The notes under the pieces are model-generated. The model did no database searches, was not told where the DNA came from, and saw only the letters and a program-made list of their open reading frames with translations. A stretch of DNA of 59,415 nucleotides, counting the filler, from Candidatus Desantisbacteria bacterium CG1_02_49_89 (GTDB taxonomy: Bacteria; Desantisbacteria; UBA1551), in assembly GCA_001871075.1 (NCBI GenBank). It is 4 parts of 4 records of this genome, joined end to end, with 100 filler letters (N's around TTAATTAATTAA, not from the genome) between each part and the next. Parts side by side here need not be neighbours in the genome. Positions count along the whole stretch, not along the records: positions 11,857 to 21,452 come from MNUP01000097.1; positions 21,553 to 29,193 come from MNUP01000023.1; 2 more parts are not named here. One strand, 5' to 3'. Each line of letters begins with the position of its first letter. Position 1 is the stretch's first letter. The position numbers and the translations under genes are program-made. This document shows positions 19,798 through 29,293 of the stretch, in pieces.

Positions 19798-20124
19798 TTG
19801 GAAACCATAGAAAACAAGAAAGAACGGATAAAGCTGACACCGGAACAGTTGTTCAATGTCTACATGGAATGCATTGCCCCGGGCGCTCCGGTAAAGATGA
19901 TCCTGCAGCGCAACGGCCTTGTCCCATGGGACCTGGTAGCCATACGCAAAAAGGTCAAGGCGGCGGCCATAGAAGCGTTGTCCAGGAAGGGCAAGCCCGG
20001 GCGCAAACAGCAGGTCATACCCGTAGAACAGTACCAAAGAGTCGCAAGACAGCTGGAAGAAACAAAAGACGCCCTTGCCGCAGTGGGCCACGAGCTGTCC
20101 TTGTTAAAAAAAAGAACGGATTAG
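19798..20124 (+). CDS. IS3-family OrfA (HTH/coiled-coil transposase N-terminal part)
   Basis: Short basic ORF ending LSLLKKRTD over an A8G run; strong RBS. Confidence 0.7.
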   Translation: METIENKKERIKLTPEQLFNVYMECIAPGAPVKMILQRNGLVPWDLVAIRKKVKAAAIEALSRKGKPGRKQQVIPVEQYQRVARQLEETKDALAAVGHELSLLKKRTD

Positions 20125-21188
20125 GGCTTTTAGGCGCGCTTAAAGGACATTTCAAGAAAGAGACAAGGACAGCCGTAGTCGAAAGCATCAAAGAAGCTGT
20201 TTCCCAGGGATTAACCCAGAAACGAGCCTGCCGGATATTCGGGATTGAGCCGAGGAAACTGCGCAGATGGGCTAATCCGAAGCCGCTGGTAAAGCGTATT
20301 GCATGGAACAGGATCCTTGCCCATGAGCGGGAAGCCATTGTCCGGACTGCCACAGAAGAAAGGTTCTGGGACAAACCCGTAAGCCATATCTTCGTCCACG
20401 GCCATGAGTCAGGGAGGTTCTTTGCCTCTCTTTCAACTGTGTACAAGGTCCTGAAAAGTGAAAGACTGCTGCGCCCAATCAGGAGGCGCAAGAGAAACGG
20501 CTCCTATGTTTCCGCTCATTCTCTTCTGGATCAGGGGTTTTCGCTTCTTTGCTACGATGCTACGTGCTTTGTCACTGAAACAGGGATTGCCGTGTGGGCT
20601 ATACCGGTAATGATTCTGCCTTGCCGCTACCTGCTTCACATAGGATATTCCCTGACAGGTGTCACTTCTTCTGACCTGGTAAGGGCTGTAACTGAGGCGC
20701 TGGCTCTTATGCCGCCTTCGCTGGAATTAAACCTGGTGGCTCACTCTGACAGAGGCTCTGCGATGAAAGCAGCTTACACCAGGATTACTGTTAAAGACCT
20801 GCTTGGCGCTCTGATACACTACGGCAGGCCTCATACCCCTGACGACGAAGGCTGGATAGAGGCGTTTATCAAAACGCTTAAGTACCACAGGGAAGCCCCT
20901 GTTTCCTTTAAGATCGTAGATGACGTAGTCAGCTGGCTTGCGCGCTTCCCTGACCTTTACAATAATGACCCCCACAGCTCTCTAAAGTATGTTACTCCGC
21001 TTCAGGCTCTGTCGGGTCAACAGGAGGTGATACTAAATCAAAGAAAACAGAATCTTGTGTCTGCCCGGAAGCGCCGTTATGCCTTCTGGCAGAAGAACCA
21101 GCCTTCTTCCTTCATCGGAAAAGAGGCGGTTGTACCTGCTTCTCTTACAGAGCCTCCGTCGGCAGAAGTAGCTATGCAACTGGTTTGA
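20106..21188 (+). CDS. IS3-family OrfB DDE transposase (reached by -1 frameshift)
   Basis: CYDAT (D), AHSDRGS (D), IEAFIKTLK (E-x6-K), YNNDPHSSLKYVTP; lies in the -1 frame relative to orfA. Confidence 0.85.
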   Translation, partial: KKKNGLGLLGALKGHFKKETRTAVVESIKEAVSQGLTQKRACRIFGIEPRKLRRWANPKPLVKRIAWNRILAHEREAIVRTATEERFWDKPVSHIFVHGHESGRFFASLSTVYKVLKSERLLRPIRRRKRNGSYVSAHSLLDQGFSLLCYDATCFVTETGIAVWAIPVMILPCRYLLHIGYSLTGVTSSDLVRAVTEALALMPPSLELNLVAHSDRGSAMKAAYTRITVKDLLGALIHYGRPHTPDDEGWIEAFIKTLKYHREAPVSFKIVDDVVSWLARFPDLYNNDPHSSLKYVTPLQALSGQQEVILNQRKQNLVSARKRRYAFWQKNQPSSFIGKEAVVPASLTEPPSAEVAMQLV

Positions 21189-21215
21189 GGTCAATTTGGC
21201 AAAAAAACTCCGCAA

Positions 21216-21452
21216 TCCGGCGGTATTCAGGCCTTCAGATGTATGATTACAGGATCTAAATTCTCCGATGCAAAATTTAAAGCACCCCCGGGTGTTTATC
21301 TTTGGCTTTCTTTTGAGGACAACGGGAATTATTATGTGGTTAAAGACAAATACGGAACAAAATATTATTTTATTAATTATGAAACTACCTTCCCATCCTC
21401 ATTATGTAACGGTTATTTAAAAAAGATAAGAGACAAGAATGGCCACGAAATA
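21216..21452 (+). pseudogene. 5'-truncated fragment of an RHS/YD-repeat-like protein, running off the contig
   Basis: Open frame from the IS end: FKAPPGVYLWL..YYVVKDKYGTKYYF..GYLKKIRDKNGHEI; AT-rich. Confidence 0.5.
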
Positions 21453-21552
21453 NNNNNNNNNNNNNNNNNNNNNNNNNNNNNNNNNNNNNNNNNNNNTTAA
21501 TTAATTAANNNNNNNNNNNNNNNNNNNNNNNNNNNNNNNNNNNNNNNNNNNN
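21453..21552. other. Artificial contig-joining linker
   Basis: N run + TTAATTAATTAA + N run. Confidence 0.98.
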
Positions 21553-24500
21553 AGCATGAAGCCGCGCGGTGAGTTGTCTATGCCGCCGAAACGCAGGCTG
21601 GGCACTTCCACCATAAGGGTCTGCTTGTACATGTAGATCTTGTTCGAATGCCAGTGCCCGTTGAATATGGCCGCGGCGTTGTACCCGGATAATGCCTCGG
21701 TAAATTCTTTATGCTCTGCCTGGTGGAAAAGACCTATGATCTTTTTGCCGCCCGGCTGCATCGCTGCGTCCTTCGCAAGCCAGGACAGCTGGGCCGCGGC
21801 GTTGGACCTGGCATCCGAATCCAGGAAAATAAAATGGCAGTTACCCCAGTCAAACGAGTAATACGTCGGGGCGAGCAGGTCCTTGAAGTTCTTGCTCTGG
21901 TCCAGGCCGGTATTGTAATCGTGGTCGCCGATAACGTGGAAAACCGGCTTTGTAAAACTTTCGCAGGCGCTTATGTAACCCTGGTAGTGCGCGAGGTTAG
22001 CCCCGTTCTCAGTGAGGTCTCCGGTAGCGATAGTGAACGCCGGCGCGGGCGACGCCGCGTTTATCTGCTGGATGTCTGTTTTGAACTGTGTCTCGTCAGC
22101 AGTGAGGTCCCTGCCTATGTGTATGTCCGTGACCTGGACAAAATAGAAATCCGTGTCCGCTGAATCCGGGTAGCCGGTGATGCCGAAATCACGGGTCTTG
22201 GTCTCTCCGGGGGATATCTGGACCTGCCAGTAGAATTCCGTGGTCTTTATGTATCCTGACGGCATCGTTATGAAAACAAGCGCGGTCTCCGCACCGGTGA
22301 GCGTGCGTGTAATGCTGTATCGGCCGCTGTCGTCTGTCTGCACAACGCTGATCCCGTCGGATACTAACACCCCTGCGGCGCCTGTCTCTCCCGCGTCCCG
22401 CACCATGTCCGCGTCCGTATCGTAATACACCGTGCCGCCAAAGGTCCCGTAATCCCTGAAATCAACAAGGCAGGGCGAGATCTTCACGTCCTCAAAGTGC
22501 GTGTGGGACGAGCTCACCCACAGCATCGGTTCGCCGTAGGAAAAGGTATTTGCCGAGGTTGCATACCTGTTTACGCCGTTGACAAAGCAGGTCAGGGTGT
22601 TCCCTTCTGCTTTCAGCCTGAGCCTTACGGGCATGGACACACCCGTAGCAACCGTGTACATATATATCCAGTTCCCTTCGTAGGAATAAAGCTGGACCTG
22701 GCCGTTCTTCCTGGCAAGGAGCACGTACCCGTCGTTGCTGGAAGGCTGTTTCCTTATTTGGATCCCGCCCCACCTGCCCTGGTCCCCGGCGTATACCTCT
22801 TTCACGTCCACAACAGCCTCAAGCCAGCAGTCAGCGTAGGAAATGCCTTTGATATAGCTATAAAAAGTGCCGTTCGCAAGAGAGCTGTTAACGCTGTATT
22901 CCCCTGCCTCCGCTTCCCACATTCCGGATTTTACCGACCACATCGGCGAACCGTCCCCGCCTTCCGGGTAGAACGAGAAATCGTCCCCGAAATAAGAGAC
23001 GGTCTGGCCCTCGCATACCGCGGTGACAGTGTCAGTGCCTGTCTCGGAAGATGAAAGCACGAACGTGCATCTCCCGCTTGAATCGGTTGCCAGCGGGTTT
23101 GCCAGTATCGTGTCTGAATCCGGCCTTGACGTGTAAAGTGTGACGGTTTTGCCGCTCATCGGGAAACCGAACGTATCGTTTATAGTTACCACTATGTTTA
23201 TCGTGTCAACGCTGTCCGCGACAGCGTAAAGCGGGAACGGGGTAATGAAAGACGCCGTGTCCTTGAAAGAAGGCGCGAGGATCGATTCTGTCTGCGTGCC
23301 GCCTGCTGAACCCAAGCGCGTTACGCTGACCACCGGGGTCCCGGTGTCCGGGTCCTTGTAATAGAAGGACCCTGCTCCGGACTGCAGGCTGATGATGGTG
23401 GTGTCTGCCCAAGGATCTTTCAGGAGGGAGAACCTGCCGTTCATGGATGACGAAGAAAGGACGGCAGTGCCGGTGAACGCCTGGTTCTTGTTCCCGTAGA
23501 TATCCTGGATCTCCACAGTGACCGCCGGGGACGGGTTGTTCTGGGTGGTCGCGAAAGCAGGGCTTGTTATTTTTATGACGGCATTCGGATCCACAAAATC
23601 CACGGTAGGAATACGCTTCACCCTCACGCAGTCAAACCATGCAGTCCCGACTCCGCTGTTGTGGCAGCGGTACATCAGCTGGTTGGCGGTTGATGGCACC
23701 ATCCAGGTATATGCCTGCTTAGTCCAGCCTGTTGTGCCTGAAACCCCGGAATATGTTGCCTCCCCGATATACGTGGAGTTGTAGAACCATATAAGCCTTA
23801 TATAGGAACCGCCGCTTGAAAGTTCGGTTTTAGTATGCTGGGTGCAGAGATAAGGGATATTCGGCGTGACCGGATACCTGTCAGCGTAAGAAAGCCCTGT
23901 CCATCTCGCCTCAGCGAACCTGTCAGCCGCGATCGTGGAGGTATTGCGGATAGAGCGGACTCCCATATAAACCGTGTCACCTGCCCAGGCCCACTGCCCG
24001 CCTGCCGGATTATTGAAAACCCAGTTGTTCGGGCTTGAAGTCCCTTCTTCAAACGATGAATTGTTTATGATGTTCTCTGTGATTGTTGTCCCGTCGCACA
24101 CCGCGGATACCGTGTCCCCGCCTATTATGGAGGAAACAAGGACGCTAGTGCACATGCCGTTTGTGTCCGTTAACGCAGGCTGGGTCACGGTTGTGAACGC
24201 CAAGCCCCTGGCAGTCAGGATCGTGACCTGCCTGCCCTGCAGAGCGCTGCCGTTTTCGTCTTTCACGTATATTGAAACCGTGCAGGGAGATTTGCCGTTC
24301 GCCTGCACAACCCCTGAATTCGTCCTCAGGTACGAAGCCGTTTCGGAAACTGAAGCAGGCGCAATAAAAAATATGTTCGCCCGGGATCCATACGAGGCAC
24401 TGATCTCCGCGTCGGCAAGCGCCCGGCCGTAGGTCCTTACTTCGTCAATAAAGCCTTTCAATTGCTGGTTGGGGTCCCAGCCTCCGCCGAACGCGTCCTG

Positions 24501-25709
24501 TTCCCCGTTTATGAACAGCCCGCCCGCGTCTATTGTAAGAGAACCGGAAGGAACAGTAATGTCCGTGGAATCCAAGATCCCGTCAATATATACCTTTGTG
24601 TAGGATGTAGTTCTCACCATCGCTATGTGGTGCCACTGGTTGTCGTTTATAGCGGTTGTTCCGAGGTCAGACGCCTGACCTTTTATGTAAGGCTGGGCCC
24701 TGCCGCCGGCGAAATATGTCAGATACTCGTTAAACTGCGTGGAGTTGGCGCCGGTGATCAGGCCGAAATCCCCGTCAGAATCCTGGGTTTTGACCCAAGC
24801 TTCAGAAGTAATGTCAGTCAGGCCGTTGATCGCGGAGTTCGGCAGGCCTATTCTATCGTTCACTCCGTCATACTGCAGGCAGGAACCAAACAAGCTGTCA
24901 GCCCACACCGGACCGTTATACAATGTTCCATCATACCCGTTCCCGGATACATCTTTCGCATCAGTGTCAAAGCACCATATTCCGGTTACGCCGTATTTAT
25001 TTATGCCGCGCGTTATCGTTTTTCCGGCGCAGGCCGCGGTTATCGTGTCCTGGCCCGCGTATCCCGATCTTACGGAGAACGTGCATCTGCCCTGAGCGTC
25101 CGTGGTCTGCGGGTTCACGTACCCCCCCGCGCTGTCCAGGACCGTATCAGAATCCCCCCTCGCGGTCTGCAGGGTAACAAGTTCATTGGCTATCGGAAAA
25201 CCGAAAGTGTCATTGATAATAACAACCACCGTGCAGGCAGAGCTGTCGTCGGCAGGGACCTGATAAGGCGTGAAGAAGATAAAGGAAGCGGTTTCGTTCA
25301 CTCCCTGTTCCAGCACTGATTCTGCCTGCGTGTCTGACATTAACCCCGGACGGGAACCCGTGATGACGAAACTGCCGGAAGCCGAGTTCTTAAAATAAAA
25401 TATTCCTGACCCGGATGAGAGCGTTATGATCGTGGTGTCCTGCCAGTTTACCCTGTCCGCCGAGAACAGGCCGGTCACCGAACTGGCAGACAGGAAGACC
25501 GTATCGTTAAATGCCGCGTCAATGGAAGCAAGCGTGTCATCCCAAGCTTCTATTACAATTGTGGGCGAGGGATTTCCCTGGGTGGTTGTGAACGGCAAGG
25601 AACTTAAAGCGAGGCGGTTGGCCTGTGCATATAAATTAGCTGAAGGATGAAGTATAGAAGCTGAAAGTAAAAACAAAAAGACTGACAAAACAAGATGGTT
25701 TTTTTTCAT
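21553..25709 (-). CDS. Giant secreted multidomain protein: Ig-like repeats, LamG, CBM-like, jelly-roll and calcineurin-like metallophosphoesterase domains (3' truncated)
   Basis: Signal peptide; three invasin-type Ig repeats (TD..G.C.F); LamG (INDNQWHHIA, GFIDEVRTYGRAL); NSSFEEG..WFDCV; GVLVSDG..VQTDDSGRY; DIH, GDL, GDHD, GHWH. Confidence 0.8.
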
Positions 25710-25794
25710 TATTCCCCGCTTTCTTTTTATATTATTTTAATAAATAGACTTCTCAGGCGCACTGCCACAGGTGAAAAACAGTGATTTTAAAACG

Positions 25795-25824
25795 AAAAAA
25801 TAACCTGAAACTCATTTAGGTTAT
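25795..25824 (-). terminator. Putative intrinsic terminator upstream of the giant gene
   Basis: Minus strand ATAACCT..AGGTTAT hairpin followed by a T run. Confidence 0.4.
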
Positions 25825-25909
25825 GCGCAGAAAAATTCCATAAAAAAATTGTCGCAGATCCCGCTGCCCCCTTAAAATATCACGCCGCCGCTGCCGTAAG
25901 GTATCTTCG

Positions 25910-25938
25910 AAAAAAATAAAACCAGGAAAATCTCCTGG
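25910..25938 (-). terminator. Putative intrinsic terminator downstream of the PorV-like gene
   Basis: Minus strand CCAGGA-GATTT-TCCTGG followed by TTTTATTTTTTT. Confidence 0.45.
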
Positions 25939-26175
25939 CCGGTATTTTATACGAGTCAAATCTTACTATCCGACCCAAAGAAATTTTTTTATGCGCCCGT
26001 TACCCCTGGAATTTTACAGAGTTTACACAGTTTACAAAGTTTAAACTGTGATAATCTGTGTCGATCTGAGTCTAATTTTATTTCGTGCTTTCGTACTTTC
26101 CTCGCCCATCCTTTCAGGTGGGCGAAGTCTCGCCCGCTGAAAGACGGGCGGAGTGATTTCGTGGTAAGATTGTCT

Positions 26176-27222
26176 TTACTTGATGCGCAGCGTCATCCCG
26201 ACGCGGTGCGTGCCTCCCGTGCCTTCGATCCCGCTCAGGGAATACATGAACGCGTAATCGAACTGATACATGAACGGGCCGCTGAGCGGCATAAGAAGGT
26301 AGCTTGCACCTATGGATATCTGCGAATAGCGCCTGCTCCCGAAAGCAAAGCCGCCGCGGATCCCGATCGGTAATTCAGTCATCCACCACTCAACTCCGAG
26401 GTTCAGGTTATAATCGTAGTTGCGCGTTGTGAGGTCGCCCAGTATGCGGAACTCGCCCAGCTCGTATTTCGCCCCGACCTTTATGCTCATCGGCACAGGG
26501 CTGGGATCTTTCAGGCCCATGTTGGGCTGGTTGAAATCCTTCAAGCAGAAACCGATGCGCAGTTTTTCGTCGATGTCGAACAGAACGCCAAGGTCAAGCC
26601 CGACCCCCACCACTGAGGTTCCCTTGTCGAAAACCGGGTCGGACGTGCCGCCTTCTTCCCACAAAATCCCACCCAGGTTCTCATCGTAGGTCCACAGCGT
26701 TGGCGAATAAGCCAGCTGCAGTATCTTGAAATTAGCCCCGACGTAAATGCCTTCCCTGAGCTTTCGGCCGTACGAAACGATGAACGAGTTTTCGCTGTAG
26801 ATATTGGACGCCTGGCGGTTCAGCCACATCCCGCCGATAGTGCCGCCTATTTTGTCCGGAAGAGGATGCACGTAACCGATGAACATATCCCCGAGGTTCG
26901 TCTTTCCGGTCGGGTAGTCAAGGCCCGGGTAAAGCGCTGCGTATGAAAAACCTACTTCCTTCTCAAACAGCTGGCCGACGCCTGCAGGGTTGTAATACAT
27001 GGCAAGCGCATCATCCGCAAGCCCGGTGAACGCATTTCCCATCCCCTGAGCCCTCGGACCAAGGCCTATATCCAGGTATGACGCCTCGCACAAAGAAGGT
27101 GAAAGGTGAAAGGTGAAAGGTGAAAGCACAAAAGATATTATAATAAGGAATAATATATTATATATCTTCTGGCTTTTCCCTTTACACGTAACACGTGACA
27201 CGTTACACGTCATTTTAATCAC
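26176..27222 (-). CDS. PorV/PorP(SprF)-like outer-membrane beta-barrel (FadL superfamily)
   Basis: GPRAQGMGNAFTGLADDALAMYYNPAG plug motif, GLDLGVLF, FDYAF..GGTHRVGMT C-terminus; start codon uncertain. Confidence 0.82.
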   Translation of the reverse strand: MIKMTCNVSRVTCKGKSQKIYNILFLIIISFVLSPFTFHLSPSLCEASYLDIGLGPRAQGMGNAFTGLADDALAMYYNPAGVGQLFEKEVGFSYAALYPGLDYPTGKTNLGDMFIGYVHPLPDKIGGTIGGMWLNRQASNIYSENSFIVSYGRKLREGIYVGANFKILQLAYSPTLWTYDENLGGILWEEGGTSDPVFDKGTSVVGVGLDLGVLFDIDEKLRIGFCLKDFNQPNMGLKDPSPVPMSIKVGAKYELGEFRILGDLTTRNYDYNLNLGVEWWMTELPIGIRGGFAFGSRRYSQISIGASYLLMPLSGPFMYQFDYAFMYSLSGIEGTGGTHRVGMTLRIK

Positions 27223-27232
27223 CTCTTTAAGG

Positions 27233-28510
27233 CTATTTCGCTATGACAACGATTCCGTTGTAGACATTGGAGCCGATCTTCGCCTGCCAGATATACGCGC
27301 CGGCCTCAGCAAGGTCTGTCCTGCCGAAGTTGCAGTAGCCGTCCCATGAAGCGTGCTTTGCGNNNNNNNNNNNNCCCTGCTCGATGGTCGCGGTGTAGAT
27401 CACGGCGCCGTTCAGGTCGAATATTGTGAGCATGCCAGCCTCGTCGCTGTCATTGGTGAACTTGAAGAATGTCACGTCGTTAATGCCGTCGCTGTTAGGT
27501 GTGAACGGATTTGGCTGAGCTCCTAAACCTGCGAATCCGGGCTCAGACAGCGCCCTGACGTCTCCGACAACGAAGTGCGAGAGCTGGTATGTCTGGGACC
27601 AGACTGTGCTCTTGAGCAGATCGATGGTGCTTGCGAATCTTGTCCAGGTGGAACCGTTCCACCTGAAGATCGCAAGCCTGCTGAGTATATCCGCCGTCTT
27701 AAGGCTGGTGCCGTCAACTTTGTCTCTTACCAGGTCATATGCGAATGTGAGCTCTACCGGCGCTGAGAATGTGGTGATCGACGCGCCTGAGAGCTTCCTG
27801 CAGTAGACTTCATACGCGGTCGCGATACCGCTGTTCTTCGCCCACTTGGGCACAGGCAGTGATTCTCTCGCGATCTTCTTCACGACCAGCTTCATCATAT
27901 CCTGTTCTGTCCCGAACGCCGCCTTAGGCTGAGGTATGCGCACGCTCACCCTGTCGTCGTCTCTGCACACCACTTCGATTACCGTGGAGTTGGAGATGGT
28001 CGGGCTGAATACCAGGCCGCCTTCGGACGAGACTCCGACCGCTACGGATTCGGAGAGCGTTCCGGTGTTGCCTGCGAGACTTAGAGCTTTTACCGTGTAG
28101 TAATAATACGTGTCGCTGGCGGTAATATCTTCGGCATAAGTATCGGATGTTATTATTCCGCTTGTTGAAATTGTGTTCCCGCTGGAATCGATCTTAACCA
28201 GGTAGTACCCTAAAACTTCAGTGTCCGCGGAGAATGTGAATATGATCTGGGTGTCGGTCACTGTCACGTTAAGCGCGACACTGGCAACCCAGGTTACCGG
28301 CGGTGTTTCAGACGGCGTCACGTTCACCAGCACCGAGTCACTTCCGGAAAGAACTGATGTCTTTCCTACCAATTGGTAAGTGCTTGTGCAGGTATTAATA
28401 ATGATCGCGGCTTCAGCCTGAGGCTGGACGGATACCGGGCTGAACAGGGAAACTGCTGCTATCCCTATTGCCGCTGCTATCCCCAGGATTGAAGTCCTTA
28501 TCTTGTTCAT
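27233..28510 (-). CDS. Secreted protein with N-terminal donor-hairpin motif, FN3-like domain, ZU5-like domain and T9SS type-B-like/FlgD-Ig C-terminal domain
   Basis: Signal peptide ending AEA; YYYYTVKALSLAGN (FN3-like); FSAPVELTFAY..LAIFRWNGSTW; PNPFTPNSDGIND..IFDLNG..WDG..GAYIW..GIVVIAK; N gap 27363-27374. Confidence 0.78.
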   Translation of the reverse strand: MNKIRTSILGIAAAIGIAAVSLFSPVSVQPQAEAAIIINTCTSTYQLVGKTSVLSGSDSVLVNVTPSETPPVTWVASVALNVTVTDTQIIFTFSADTEVLGYYLVKIDSSGNTISTSGIITSDTYAEDITASDTYYYYTVKALSLAGNTGTLSESVAVGVSSEGGLVFSPTISNSTVIEVVCRDDDRVSVRIPQPKAAFGTEQDMMKLVVKKIARESLPVPKWAKNSGIATAYEVYCRKLSGASITTFSAPVELTFAYDLVRDKVDGTSLKTADILSRLAIFRWNGSTWTRFASTIDLLKSTVWSQTYQLSHFVVGDVRALSEPGFAGLGAQPNPFTPNSDGINDVTFFKFTNDSDEAGMLTIFDLNGAVIYTATIEQXXXXXAKHASWDGYCNFGRTDLAEAGAYIWQAKIGSNVYNGIVVIAK

Positions 28511-28687
28511 TTTTCCTTTTTTGCCTTCCTACCTCTTGGCTTCTGAGCGCCCATCCGGGCGCCCTTTTCACCTTGGGAGGTAGTATTTCTTACAGATTTT
28601 CTTTCCTTATTATAATAATATAGTGTGCAACCCTCTTGTCCCCCCTACTCCGATCCTTCGGAGTAACAGGGGGGATCTGTTATCAGA

Positions 28688-29193
28688 CTAGTTGACCGTT
28701 GCCTGGAACTTCACGATCCCGTCTGCCGCTGCCGTGTCAGTTCCGCCTGCTGCTGTTGCGACATACTGCACAAGTCCCGCGTTCTCTGATGCTGCGCCTG
28801 CTGCGTTGGCCTCAGTGTCTGAAACTGAGGCTCCGACATATGTCATGCCTGCAGGTATATAGTCGTTAAGCACCACTGTATCCGCTGTTGCTTCCCCTGC
28901 GTTCGCCCAGATCATTTTGAATTCAACTGAATCACCCTGGACCGCCGCAACTGAATATCCGTCTGAAGCGCCTGTGCGGACATTTGTCGCGATCTTTGTG
29001 ATCGTGATGACCGGTGGGTTAAGAGCCCTGACTACCGCGCTGTCTATCCCGCTGCTTGTGATCACTTTGCCTGTCAGCTGATATGTTCCTGTGCACCAGT
29101 TATTGATGACTGTTACCGCGTCAGCAACTCTGACCATTCCGACCAATCCGACCAACCCGACCACCACTGCCGCTGCTACCATTAACCTTTTCA
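28688..29193 (-). CDS. Small secreted DUF11-domain protein, putative major pilin
   Basis: Probable start MKRLMV (A of ATG falls in the N run at 29194); signal peptide ending ADA; ITITK, AVQGDSVEF.MIWANAG, VVLNDYIPAGMTYV, IVKFQATVN-stop. Confidence 0.8.
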
Positions 29194-29293
29194 NNNNNNN
29201 NNNNNNNNNNNNNNNNNNNNNNNNNNNNNNNNNNNNNTTAATTAATTAANNNNNNNNNNNNNNNNNNNNNNNNNNNNNNNNNNNNNNNNNNNN
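29194..29293. other. Artificial contig-joining linker
   Basis: N run + TTAATTAATTAA + N run. Confidence 0.98.

Larger units (their letters stand above)
19678..21214 (+). mobile_element. IS3-family insertion sequence (ends approximate)
   Basis: Imperfect inverted repeats 19678-19707 and 21185-21214 (21/30 match by my count) around orfA/orfB; the right end terminates in CA. Confidence 0.75.

Noticed and set aside
25710-26010. c-di-GMP or other riboswitch upstream of the giant surface protein
   Set aside because: No recognisable consensus; only terminator-like hairpins
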